From assembly GCA_964393215.1 (NCBI GenBank), contig CAYMSW010000003.1:1-45843 (forward strand): 45,843 nucleotides of DNA, in the 5' to 3' direction. This document shows, piece after piece, positions 27,518 to 36,305 of the stretch. This stretch comes from Candidatus Woesearchaeota archaeon (GTDB lineage: Archaea > Nanobdellota > Nanobdellia > SCGC-AAA011-G17 > PNOQ01). Numbering within the stretch: the stretch's first letter is position 1; the number at the start of each line of letters is the position of its first letter. The notes beneath the pieces are model-generated. The model did not search any database, was not told the origin of the DNA, and saw nothing but the letters and a program-made list of their open reading frames with translations. Both the position numbers and the translations under genes were made by a program.

Positions 27518-28582
27518 TTATGATGCCCATCGTTCAGTTTGTCCCTGGAGAACCTCCTGCATAATGTCTCGTATGCCATACCGCATCGACCACTCAGGGT
27601 AATGTTTCCGGAATTTCGATACATCGCTGACCCACCAGATGTGATCTCCGGCTCGATTATCCCCCGAATAAGACCAGTTCAGTTTATTTCCTGTCATCTC
27701 TTCAACCATGGAGATGGCTTCCAACATGGAGCAGTTTGCATAACGCCCTCCCCCAATATTATAGACTTCTCCCGAGCGCGGATTATTGAATACATGCCAG
27801 AATCCATTAACAAGATCATAGGAGTGAATGTTATCACGGACTTGTTTCCCCTTATAGCCGAAAACCGTATATTTCTGACCAGTTAGCCCACATTTTGCTA
27901 GATATGCAAGAAATCCGTGAAGTTCAGCTCCCGAATGTCCAGGTCCCGTGAGGCAACCCGCACGAAAAGATGATGTTTTCATGCCAAAATATCTTCCATA
28001 CTCCTGAACAAGAATATCCGCAGCCACTTTCGATGCGCCAAAAAGGCTGTGCATACAAGCATCGATGCTCATGGATTCATCGATACCATGTTTAAAATAT
28101 GGATGGCTTTCAACAATTTCCCACCGTTTTTCTAGTTCGACCAGTGGCAATTGGTTGGGCGAATCTCCATATACCTTGTTGGTGCTGGTAAAAATAAAAG
28201 TAGCATTTGGACAGTACTTTCGTGTCAGTTCCAAAAGATTCAGGGTACCGTTTGCGTTAACCGTGAAATCCGTAATCGGTTCTTTTGCAGCCCAATCATG
28301 GCTGGGTTGTGCAGCGGTGTGGAGCACAAGGCCTATTGAAGTGGAGTATGATTTAAATATCCCTTCAAGCGATGCATAATCTCTTATATCCATATTTTCA
28401 TGTCTATAAAGCTTAAAATTGCTCTCCAGTTGCCGGCGACTCCAACTCGTACTGGCCTCTTTCCCGAAAAAGTATGCACGCATATCATTGTCAATGCCTA
28501 TAATGTCTATCCCTTTTTCAGCAAAAAATTTGACAGCCTCTGCGCCGATGAGTCCTGCGGATCCTGTTACGATTGCAAGCAA
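27518..28582 (-). CDS. Extended-SDR NAD-dependent epimerase/dehydratase (CDP-paratose/tyvelose 2-epimerase-like layout) with Phe in place of the catalytic Tyr
   Basis: Motifs: [18 protein letters not shown] (Rossmann GxxGxxG), [10 protein letters not shown], then [12 protein letters not shown] where the family has YxxxK. The TTG start 28582..28580 is preceded by AGGAGGG with a 5-nt spacer, which is strong support. Confidence 0.85.
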   Translation of the reverse strand: MLAIVTGSAGLIGAEAVKFFAEKGIDIIGIDNDMRAYFFGKEASTSWSRRQLESNFKLYRHENMDIRDYASLEGIFKSYSTSIGLVLHTAAQPSHDWAAKEPITDFTVNANGTLNLLELTRKYCPNATFIFTSTNKVYGDSPNQLPLVELEKRWEIVESHPYFKHGIDESMSIDACMHSLFGASKVAADILVQEYGRYFGMKTSSFRAGCLTGPGHSGAELHGFLAYLAKCGLTGQKYTVFGYKGKQVRDNIHSYDLVNGFWHVFNNPRSGEVYNIGGGRYANCSMLEAISMVEEMTGNKLNWSYSGDNRAGDHIWWVSDVSKFRKHYPEWSMRYGIRDIMQEVLQGQTERWAS

Positions 28583-28754
28583 AATTACCCTCCTGCGAAA
28601 AATTAATAATTTAATTCAGACCAACTATTGGTTTTTTCAGTAAATGATCGCTTTACATATCGGTTTCTCGACGGCTATTCGAATAACGGGATTGTTATTA
28701 CAGCTCTCTGTGAAAAATATACATGCAATATTTTAGAAAAAATTTTTTCCGCAC

Positions 28755-29573
28755 CTACGACCATGATAAATTTTCGTTCCAGCGATTATCTTTGATCAGG
28801 GAAGAATCCCGTTTGACAAAAAGGCATTCACCCTGTGCGGGCATTCCATCAAGGGGCCGACCATGTATACCGTATATGTCAAAAAGCCGGTATCCCCTGC
28901 CAGAGAGAAAAACCACGATTTCATCCAATAAAGGGATATCTTTTTGATACGGAAGTAAGGCGAACTCGAGTTGAATAAAATCTGCCCGGGCGACAGCATC
29001 AGGCGCACCTGTCAAAACGCTCAACTCGGCACCCTGTATATCCATCTTTATGATACCCGGTTTCGGGAAACCTGTCTGTTCGATAATATCATCGAGAGTT
29101 CTCATTTCAGACTCGATGACGGTTCCAAACGGTTCTCCCCGGGTGTTTCCATATAGAGAGCTCAGATGACCGTGGCACATAAATCTAGCCGTGCTGTTTT
29201 TATCGCCGACAATTGTTTTCACGAATTTGATGTGATCATCTCCGGCCTCTAATCTTGATAGTACTTCAGCGTTCTGCTCCAACGGATCGATCATGAGGAT
29301 ATCCACTCCAGGGTAGATTTCCCGCATCGGCAATGTCCACCTTCCATCTGAAGCACCTATATCCACAATGCTTCGAGGTGAATAGTTCAATTTGTTTTTT
29401 ATCCATTTGAAACGGTCAAGTGCTTCTATTTGAGACATGGCTGATAGCGGTACAATTTCTCCTGATGCCACCCATCGCCTTGTAATTTCAAGTCCGAGAA
29501 AGTGCAAATATGGGCTTACACGTTGCGAGAGAAAATCGATCAGTTTTCTTTTATAGGTCGTCTTTACCACCAT
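28755..29573 (-). CDS. FkbM-family SAM-dependent methyltransferase
   Basis: Motifs: IVDIGASDGRWTLPM and PGIIKMDIQGAELSVLTGA, the characteristic FkbM-family pair. ATG start. Confidence 0.75.
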   Translation of the reverse strand: MVVKTTYKRKLIDFLSQRVSPYLHFLGLEITRRWVASGEIVPLSAMSQIEALDRFKWIKNKLNYSPRSIVDIGASDGRWTLPMREIYPGVDILMIDPLEQNAEVLSRLEAGDDHIKFVKTIVGDKNSTARFMCHGHLSSLYGNTRGEPFGTVIESEMRTLDDIIEQTGFPKPGIIKMDIQGAELSVLTGAPDAVARADFIQLEFALLPYQKDIPLLDEIVVFLSGRGYRLFDIYGIHGRPLDGMPAQGECLFVKRDSSLIKDNRWNENLSWS

Positions 29574-29622
29574 GATAGTTATTTCGCTTTCTATTGATAT
29601 AGCTGCATTTTTTTATGCCATA

Positions 29623-31020
29623 CTACATATTGTTTCCGACATACTCGATCATACAGGCATTTACCAACCGCTCACAGGCTCGGCCGTCTAACTGTCCTAT
29701 TTCATCCTCGACAACTTTTCGACGCTCTACGATATGTTCATTGGGAGATGTCAGGGCTTGTCGAATCTTATTTTTTAGCTGGGTACGACTGGTTGCCGTT
29801 TTAATAGCGCCATATGACGCGAGCCTGCGGTTATGGAAGTTGGAGGCATGATCGAAATAGACCGGATGCCGTGCCAAGTTTCCCGTAGGAACCGGAAAAT
29901 ACCACATATATATCGTCGGTTTATCAAACATGCAGGCCTCAATGGCAATAGTAGAAAAAATATTGATGACACAATCACAGGAGGCTAAACTATTCCAAAG
30001 CTGATACTCCTCTATCTGCAGTACAGAACGCCCGCGATCACCGGCATTATAATGGGGATCAGCCAGGCTGACTGCGACGCCCTCAAGATTCCTGGCATAG
30101 GACAGTAAAGGTTCTAGATAAACCGATGCCATAAATTTTTTGTTAGGATAAAAACGAAATATCAACTGGCAATCCAGTCCCTCCCGCTGTAACTCCAAAA
30201 AACAATCCAGCATTTCAAAGTATTGGGACTCGTAGATAAATCCAGCAAAAAGGATCGTCTTGCGTTTCGGGTCAAGTCCAAGATCTTCAAGGAACCTGTC
30301 TCTTTCCATTAGTAAAGCTGGATTTACATTGTAGCGTATGGGACCTATTTCCGTTATGCGATTGGACGGGATGAAATGAATACGCTCTGCATCCTCCCGC
30401 ATGTTTTTCCCCCAGACCAGAAGCCTTTCAATTGGAATGCCCCGAAATCCTTTTGATGAAAGAATATCATAGTTGCCAACGATATGAATAACAGAAATCT
30501 TATGTCTTCTCCCCCACCACGTCATAAGCCCTTCAAGGTCTGAACTCGTAGAACCGACTCCCAGGAGCAGCAACTGGTCGATCTCTTCTGAATTGCACCC
30601 CTTCAGTATTGGATGTTTTCCTATGAGAAGTCCCTCAAAGACCGTTAATAACCTTATGAGGGGGTTAGAAAGTGCTAGGAGACAAAATAACCAATTCAAG
30701 ATCTTCCAGAAAAGAGAACTATCCAAATGTTGTCGGCGGAACCGTTCCCTTACCCCAGGATCTGTCGAAGGATAGCGCATACGGATATCCCTTGATAACC
30801 TTAAGAGTTTACCGCGAACACCTGAAAAATTTAGAAAATTCAGGGCCTGATATTCACAGCCGGGAATTCGCGTCAGCAGGCCCATGTAATCCTCACGCAC
30901 CAGGAAGATAATTCTAATGTTCTGTTTGACAAATGCGTGCACAACTTCTTTTCGATGCAGATGATTGGTGGCTCCCTTACCTAGCAAGGCGATGCCTAAA
31001 CAGTATTTCGGTAGATTCAT
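29623..31020 (-). CDS. Uncharacterised GT-B/TagF-like transferase (function unknown)
   Basis: 465 aa. The C-terminal part LWNSLASCDCVINIFSTIAIEACMFDKPTIYMWYFP resembles the ...D.lItdySS...E......P.I.. segment of CDP-glycerol glycerophosphotransferase / capsule-type GT-B enzymes. It lies immediately upstream of neuC. Confidence 0.4.
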   Translation of the reverse strand: MNLPKYCLGIALLGKGATNHLHRKEVVHAFVKQNIRIIFLVREDYMGLLTRIPGCEYQALNFLNFSGVRGKLLRLSRDIRMRYPSTDPGVRERFRRQHLDSSLFWKILNWLFCLLALSNPLIRLLTVFEGLLIGKHPILKGCNSEEIDQLLLLGVGSTSSDLEGLMTWWGRRHKISVIHIVGNYDILSSKGFRGIPIERLLVWGKNMREDAERIHFIPSNRITEIGPIRYNVNPALLMERDRFLEDLGLDPKRKTILFAGFIYESQYFEMLDCFLELQREGLDCQLIFRFYPNKKFMASVYLEPLLSYARNLEGVAVSLADPHYNAGDRGRSVLQIEEYQLWNSLASCDCVINIFSTIAIEACMFDKPTIYMWYFPVPTGNLARHPVYFDHASNFHNRRLASYGAIKTATSRTQLKNKIRQALTSPNEHIVERRKVVEDEIGQLDGRACERLVNACMIEYVGNNM

Positions 31021-31081
31021 GCTTCAGTGTTTTCCATAACCATAGATTATCATGCTTCCCGATTCAGGAAGTCGATTCTTA

Positions 31082-32239
31082 TCAATAAGTGATCTGTTTT
31101 TGAATGTTGAATTCAAATTTTTTTAGGATTTCAACCATTTGGAGGCCAGCATTACCTTTTCCGTAAAGGTGATTTGGTTTGTATGCACCGTGTTCAACCT
31201 GTTTCAATACCGCGTTTATTATCAGTTCCCGATCGTAACCGACATCAATTACATTGGCGCAACGTTCTCTTCCATTCTGGCGTGATCCAATATTGACGGA
31301 AGGAACACCCATAAATGCAGTTTCGCGTATGCCACTGCTGGAATTTCCTATCAGGCTGGCAGAATTGTTTAGTAACGGTGCATAAAGCTCTATGGGCAGG
31401 CTTTTGAAGAAATGGATATAATCGATATTATCCTTTTCCCTAAGCATCCTTAACCCTTTGGATATCCCATCTGACCCAGCGTCCATATTGGGCCATATCC
31501 ATATTGTCTTCATTTTTAATTCGGTGACGGCTGCGATGGTTTCATTGATATGATCCAGATTCTGACGATACTCTGTGGTCACAGGATGCTGGAGTACTAC
31601 CAAATACGGGCTGCTCAAATCCACCACAGCCCCTACACCAGAGGTTTTCTGGAGTTCCGTCAGCTGACGGATGTCGGACAGGTCCAACTCCGCGATGACG
31701 TCAAGGCTGGTGGAGCCCACTGGGAAGATCGAATCGGGGGACTCCCCCATTTTTTCGATACGCCGGGCAGCGTCCTCGGTGGCCGGGAAGTGGAGATGGG
31801 CCAATTTGGTAATCGCATGCCGGATGCTCTCGTCGATGGAGCCGGACACCTCACCTCCTTCCACGTGGGCAACCGGTATATTCATATAGGCTGCTGTCAT
31901 GGCCACCGGCAGGCATTCAAAGCGATCGGCGATGACCACGACAATATCAGGTTTTAAATTCTCAAAAGCCGTGCTAAACTCTGAAACGGCCAACCCTGCA
32001 GATTTGGCCATAGTTACAGGATTCTCACCCTCCACCAGGAAATGAATCACGCGATCTATCGGGATCCCATTCTCATCAAATGATCTGGAGATATTGCCGT
32101 ATTTGGCTAGTATGGCACCGCCTCCGATGATGATCTGCAATTCCAGTCCAGGCTCGGCTCTGATGTGTCTGATGACCGATTTCATTTTGGCGTAATTCCC
32201 CCGTGTCGTTACCACGAGACATATCTTTATTCGTTTCAC
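31082..32239 (-). CDS. neuC: UDP-N-acetylglucosamine 2-epimerase, hydrolysing type (NeuC/LegG family)
   Basis: Motifs: KICLVVTTRGNYAKMKSV and HVEGGEVSGSIDESIRHAITKLAHLHF; the latter is the hydrolysing-type signature, compare E. coli NeuC HIHGGEKT...DEFIRHSITKMSKLH. The track start is GTG 32254. I prefer GTG 32239..32237 (VKRIKICLVV), which makes a GTGA overlap with the neuB stop and has GGGAGA 7 nt upstream. Confidence 0.85.
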   Translation of the reverse strand: MKRIKICLVVTTRGNYAKMKSVIRHIRAEPGLELQIIIGGGAILAKYGNISRSFDENGIPIDRVIHFLVEGENPVTMAKSAGLAVSEFSTAFENLKPDIVVVIADRFECLPVAMTAAYMNIPVAHVEGGEVSGSIDESIRHAITKLAHLHFPATEDAARRIEKMGESPDSIFPVGSTSLDVIAELDLSDIRQLTELQKTSGVGAVVDLSSPYLVVLQHPVTTEYRQNLDHINETIAAVTELKMKTIWIWPNMDAGSDGISKGLRMLREKDNIDYIHFFKSLPIELYAPLLNNSASLIGNSSSGIRETAFMGVPSVNIGSRQNGRERCANVIDVGYDRELIINAVLKQVEHGAYKPNHLYGKGNAGLQMVEILKKFEFNIQKQITY

Positions 32240-33264
32240 TTCAAATTCTCCCACTTAATCACTGTATCCATGTCCATATCTGTTTTAGTTATTTTACCGA
32301 TCACATCTTCCAGTCGGTCCGGGGAAATACCGGTTCCTGGCCGTTTGCAGCACAGCGTGTCCACTGTCAACACGTCCCCTTTTTTCACTTTGCAGGCTGT
32401 CACCACGCTTTTACGCGCCCATTTCAAATTGACCAGTTCCTCCGGCCCCGGATGCTTCACACCAGTCCCCATTCCCATTTCTATCTCACGAATTTGGCGA
32501 ACCATTTCAGGAAGGTCCGTTTTTCCGCAGGATACTTTCCAATCCTGGGCATTTGGAACATTGTAGTCGAGGGTGATATGCTTTTCAATGATGTCTGCCC
32601 CCATAACCGCCGCAGCAATAGGAAAATGAAATCCACGGGTATGATCAGAATACCCGGTTACGACTTTAAATCGATCTTTAATGGTTTCGATGGCGCGCAG
32701 ATTTACTTCAACTGCCGGTGTTGGGTATCGGGTCACACAATGCAACACTGCTATATCCGGATTACCAGCACTTTCAAAAATCGCAAGGGCATCATTGATT
32801 TGGGACAAGGTGTACATGCCTGTAGAGAGAATGACCGGTTTCATTCTCGACGCGATTTTCCTGAGATAGGCCCAGTTGGAAATGTCGCCGGATCCAATTT
32901 TGTACGCCGGGACGTCGAGATGGTCCAACACCTTCAGGCTGTCTTCATCGTGTGCTGTGGCCAGAAATGTGATGTTGTGTTCCTCACAGTAACCGGAGAT
33001 CTCACCAAAAGCTGCCGGAGGAAGTTCCTTCGGTTTCAACCGATCGATCCACTCCATCGAAGCTTTTGAGATCAGGCTTTCGGTCTGGAATATTTGAAAT
33101 TTGACAGCATCCGCCTTGGAAGATACAGCGAGGTCCACCAGTTGAAATGCCTTTTCTAAATTTCCGAAATGGGCCACGCCTGCTTCAGCGATGATATAAA
33201 CCGGCTGATCCTTTCCGATCAGCCGGTCATCAATGGTAAGATTGCACGAAAAAAAAGAGTCCAT
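32236..33264 (-). CDS. neuB: N-acetylneuraminate (nonulosonate) synthase, NeuB/LegI/PseI family, with C-terminal SAF domain
   Basis: Motifs: PVYIIAEAGVAHFGNLEKAFQLVDLAVSSKADAVKFQIF, GYSDHT, and a C-terminal SAF-like segment ACKVKKGDVLTVDTLCCKRPGTGISP. ATG start. Confidence 0.9.
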   Translation of the reverse strand: MDSFFSCNLTIDDRLIGKDQPVYIIAEAGVAHFGNLEKAFQLVDLAVSSKADAVKFQIFQTESLISKASMEWIDRLKPKELPPAAFGEISGYCEEHNITFLATAHDEDSLKVLDHLDVPAYKIGSGDISNWAYLRKIASRMKPVILSTGMYTLSQINDALAIFESAGNPDIAVLHCVTRYPTPAVEVNLRAIETIKDRFKVVTGYSDHTRGFHFPIAAAVMGADIIEKHITLDYNVPNAQDWKVSCGKTDLPEMVRQIREIEMGMGTGVKHPGPEELVNLKWARKSVVTACKVKKGDVLTVDTLCCKRPGTGISPDRLEDVIGKITKTDMDMDTVIKWENLK

Positions 33265-33355
33265 TCTTATAAGTATTTATTCGATTGCATTGCCATAGGT
33301 GCTTTGTCTTACATGGGATGGATGTGGATTCCGACACGACTTATATCAGCGCACA

Positions 33356-34087
33356 TCAAATCTCCTGAGAAAAAAAACGGATCGGAACATGTGGTAAGGA
33401 GACACATGCCGATTTCAGCAAAGCCTCTGCAATGGGTATGTCCTCCGGCTGATCCACGTCATACGCATAAGATCTTTCGATTTCGACGACCGCACAGGGC
33501 TCTGTATAAAAACTGCCGGTTTCCAGCAAGGCCCGTGTTCGAACCGCGATTAAGTTGCCAAAAGTGTAAAGTGAAGGTTTCATCTGTTTGTTATAAGCAG
33601 TATTTCTTTCTTCACGGTAAAGAAACCTGGCCCTGCCATTAACCTCCTCCCGCTGGTTCCACGCATGACTGTTATGAGAAACAGGCGTTATATTATGGCA
33701 GGATTGCGCTTCCGGATCATTCTCCAGGGCATCCAGTAACTGGGAAACATGCTCCGGCAGCAAGAAAGGGCTTGTTGGCTGTACAAGGACCAGGACATCG
33801 GGAATGGATGGACGATGCCGATTCAAAAAATCCAGTGCGACTTCACCAACGGGTATTTCATCTCCTGAAAGCTTTTCGGGCCTGAGATCGGCACCTGCAC
33901 CGAGGTCCTTTGCACACTTGAGGATGGCATCATGATCCGACGAACAGATCACCTTTTCCAACCGATTACTGGCAAGTGCCGCTCGAATACCGTACTCCAT
34001 CAACCGTAGCCCACAAATCGGAAACAGATTTTTCAAAGGGATGCTTTTTGAGCCGCCCCTTGCCGGAACAAATGCCCACGTTTTCAT
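33356..34087 (-). CDS. neuA: Acylneuraminate (nonulosonate) cytidylyltransferase, NeuA/LegF family; short form without a C-terminal esterase domain
   Basis: AFVPARGGSKSIPLKNL is the N-terminal signature of CMP-NeuAc/CMP-Kdo synthetases. 243 aa. ATG start with AAGGAAAG 4-5 nt upstream. It begins 11 nt after the stop of the B12-radical SAM gene. Confidence 0.85.
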   Translation of the reverse strand: MKTWAFVPARGGSKSIPLKNLFPICGLRLMEYGIRAALASNRLEKVICSSDHDAILKCAKDLGAGADLRPEKLSGDEIPVGEVALDFLNRHRPSIPDVLVLVQPTSPFLLPEHVSQLLDALENDPEAQSCHNITPVSHNSHAWNQREEVNGRARFLYREERNTAYNKQMKPSLYTFGNLIAVRTRALLETGSFYTEPCAVVEIERSYAYDVDQPEDIPIAEALLKSACVSLPHVPIRFFSQEI

Positions 34088-34098
34088 AATGCTTTCCT

Positions 34099-36177
34099 TT
34101 AGGCGGGGTGTGGAGACCTGAGAAACTTTTTGACATACGCTTTGCTCAGGATCCTGGCAATTCCCGCAGTATCATTGCCATACAGGGAAACCATTCGGCT
34201 GATCGTTTCCCGTTGCTCCCGGCTGTGCACAAATACAAAAGGTCTGGAACCACCCATGTCATAAGGGTCGATTTCCACCGGGTTGCGACCGTTGAGAAAT
34301 CCGGAGATATCGTAACGGAATTTCGTTACGATATCTTTCGGTTCCTCACTCCATAAATCTTTCATTCGGGCCGCGTCAAAAGCAACAGCATCATCCAGGA
34401 AACGAAAATAGGATTCCCCTTTCACTCCTTTGGATCTAAGGAGTTGGATGGCCGTGTCTTTCGCCGCTGTTTGAAGTTTATCCGCGTACAAACCCATGCA
34501 CTTGGATTTATAGGTAAACATCAAATTGTAGCCCATCTCTCCATCAATGTATCTCTCAATCACACCGGGTTGAAGGAGGAATTCTGCCAACTCCTTTTTA
34601 TCTCGCCACAATTCATTTTTCGTTTCGCACATAAACTCTGAAACTGGCTTTCCAAGTTCTCCTTCAGAGGCCGCTTCACTAAGCAATTCAAGCCAGGAAA
34701 AAATGGGTATGTCGATCAATTTTAAAAACTTCAGCAATGCTGAAAAGACAGAGTCGTTGTAAAATATGCCAATCATCAGGTGGACTTTCCGGCAATCCAA
34801 ATAGTCTTGGAAATTGAGGGTATTTGTCGCGACACAGATCTCCTCAATTTCAAAAGATTTCAGTGGGTGTTCTCCCAATTGGAATTTCCCAAAAGCACGC
34901 GGTAAAGCCCTGTAACGCGAGATCATACCGAATTTTTCCTTAACAGAACCGAAGGCGATCTCACTTCCCGGCAAAAGCATCAATTGATAGGGCATCACCC
35001 GCTTGAATCTCATCTCTATAAGGGCTGAAAGGGAATCGTAATGGGACTTTTTGGTTTCACCCGGCAGCCCTAGGATCACCTCACTATAGGAATTCGCATC
35101 CATCTCAGTAGCTTCTATTGCCAATTCCAATAATGCTTCTGTGGAAATATTCTGGCGTTTAATATTCGAAAGTACGTTTGGGTCCAGAGTTTGCACTGAT
35201 CCGGCAAGGCGCAGAGAACCTTTTAGCTGCTTTGCGGTTTCGAGAACCCTTTTTTTATTATTTTTCCCGGTGGCGACATTAATATACTCAGGAAACTTGG
35301 AGTCTTTTTTGATGCGCCCAATGGCTTCAGCCAATCGTACATCATCCGGATACATTCCGAAATTGGAATCGGCGATATTGAGATCTCTCCGGCCCTCCAG
35401 CTTCTCTTGGGATCTGACTTTATTGGCAATATACTCGATTTCCTCTGTTACTTTCTCCAATCCGTTGCTATGGACTTTCGAAAAATGGTTGTCACCCTCG
35501 ACGCAATAGGTGCAGCTAAACGGGCATCCCCTGTGCAGTTGTATGATTGGCAGCAGTTTGCCATCGAAAAAATCATCCAATTTACCATTAAGATAAGGAG
35601 ACGGAAATCCCGATAGGTTCTTGATCCTTGGGGATGCATCGGGTAAAATCGCACTCCCTTCCTTGTTAATACAATGGACGGAGGGAAGAGCCAAATTCTT
35701 AACCTTTTCAACGTTATCGTCAAACTCATGCAACGCTTCAATTAGACGGACTAGGGTTATTTCACCTTCAAATGTGATATAAAAATCGATTTCTTTCCGT
35801 TTTTTTAAAAATGATTCTCTTCCTATTTTTGAAACTGGATAGTTCGGACCGCCGAAGATGACGATTGTCTCCGGACAAATCTTTTTAATAATAGAGCCAA
35901 AGGTCGAAGATAGGGTGCTGTTCCAGATATAATTGCTAAAACCAATGATGTCAGGCGGCGATTCATTCTCCAGTGCAGATATTAATTTTTCCGGATATTT
36001 GAACAACTGTACTGGTTCGCTAAGCTTCAGGTGAGCCTCTGCATAAGCGGATAGGCACCCAATGGCATAAGGGACCAGTTCTGCGGAGATCTGCATCTGA
36101 GTATATGTCAGATCCGCCAGCCATATTTTCTTTTTGATGGTTTTTCTCTTTCCAGGAATCATAAATTCATATTTCAT
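34099..36177 (-). CDS. Class B (cobalamin-binding domain) radical SAM enzyme with a long C-terminal extension
   Basis: 692 aa. B12-binding-type N-terminus (DIIGFSNYIWN...IVIFGGPNYP), then CPFSCTYC (CX3CX2C) in IQLHRGCPFSCTYCVEG. The roughly 250-aa C-terminal region is unassigned. ATG start. Confidence 0.8.
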   Translation of the reverse strand: MKYEFMIPGKRKTIKKKIWLADLTYTQMQISAELVPYAIGCLSAYAEAHLKLSEPVQLFKYPEKLISALENESPPDIIGFSNYIWNSTLSSTFGSIIKKICPETIVIFGGPNYPVSKIGRESFLKKRKEIDFYITFEGEITLVRLIEALHEFDDNVEKVKNLALPSVHCINKEGSAILPDASPRIKNLSGFPSPYLNGKLDDFFDGKLLPIIQLHRGCPFSCTYCVEGDNHFSKVHSNGLEKVTEEIEYIANKVRSQEKLEGRRDLNIADSNFGMYPDDVRLAEAIGRIKKDSKFPEYINVATGKNNKKRVLETAKQLKGSLRLAGSVQTLDPNVLSNIKRQNISTEALLELAIEATEMDANSYSEVILGLPGETKKSHYDSLSALIEMRFKRVMPYQLMLLPGSEIAFGSVKEKFGMISRYRALPRAFGKFQLGEHPLKSFEIEEICVATNTLNFQDYLDCRKVHLMIGIFYNDSVFSALLKFLKLIDIPIFSWLELLSEAASEGELGKPVSEFMCETKNELWRDKKELAEFLLQPGVIERYIDGEMGYNLMFTYKSKCMGLYADKLQTAAKDTAIQLLRSKGVKGESYFRFLDDAVAFDAARMKDLWSEEPKDIVTKFRYDISGFLNGRNPVEIDPYDMGGSRPFVFVHSREQRETISRMVSLYGNDTAGIARILSKAYVKKFLRSPHPA

Positions 36178-36212
36178 TTTTCACAAAAAGATAACTGTTC
36201 AAAAAACAACAG

Positions 36213-36305
36213 CTAACAGGTTGAAGAAAAACAACCACCGCCCACTAAAACGATAATCTTAACCGCAATAATGGGAATGTACCGTTGAATCCCTTTCCGT
36301 TCCAT
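36213..36305 (-). CDS. Candidate small ORF (30 aa), hydrophobic peptide ending GGGCFSSTC; unproven
   Basis: My own translation gives ATG GAA CGG ... TGT TAG = MERKGIQRYIPIIAVKIIVLVGGGCFSSTC. The ATG (36305..36303) overlaps the TGA stop of the SPASM radical SAM gene (TGATG). A second in-frame ATG lies one codon upstream at 36308. No SD. It is too short to appear in the ORF track. Confidence 0.2.
   Translation of the reverse strand: MERKGIQRYIPIIAVKIIVLVGGGCFSSTC

Noticed and set aside
28736-28749. Perfect palindrome GAAAAAATTTTTTC, 6 nt downstream of the FkbM-methyltransferase stop, considered as a terminator
   Set aside because: An A6T6 core with no loop cannot form a stable hairpin, and there is no GC stem. 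It is more likely just AT-rich spacer.
32203-33069. 288-aa plus-strand ORF (also 32165..32566 and 32681..32869) antisense to neuB/neuC
   Set aside because: It lies entirely inside the well-supported minus-strand neuB/neuC genes. The translated sequence has no recognisable motif and has a low-complexity, Arg/His/Cys-rich composition typical of antisense frames in a GC-rich stretch.
36178-36304. Cobalamin or SAM riboswitch upstream of the B12-radical SAM genes (also checked 5452..5478)
   Set aside because: The gaps (127 nt and 27 nt) are too short for a cobalamin riboswitch. I saw no B12-box-like or SAM-I-like conserved core.
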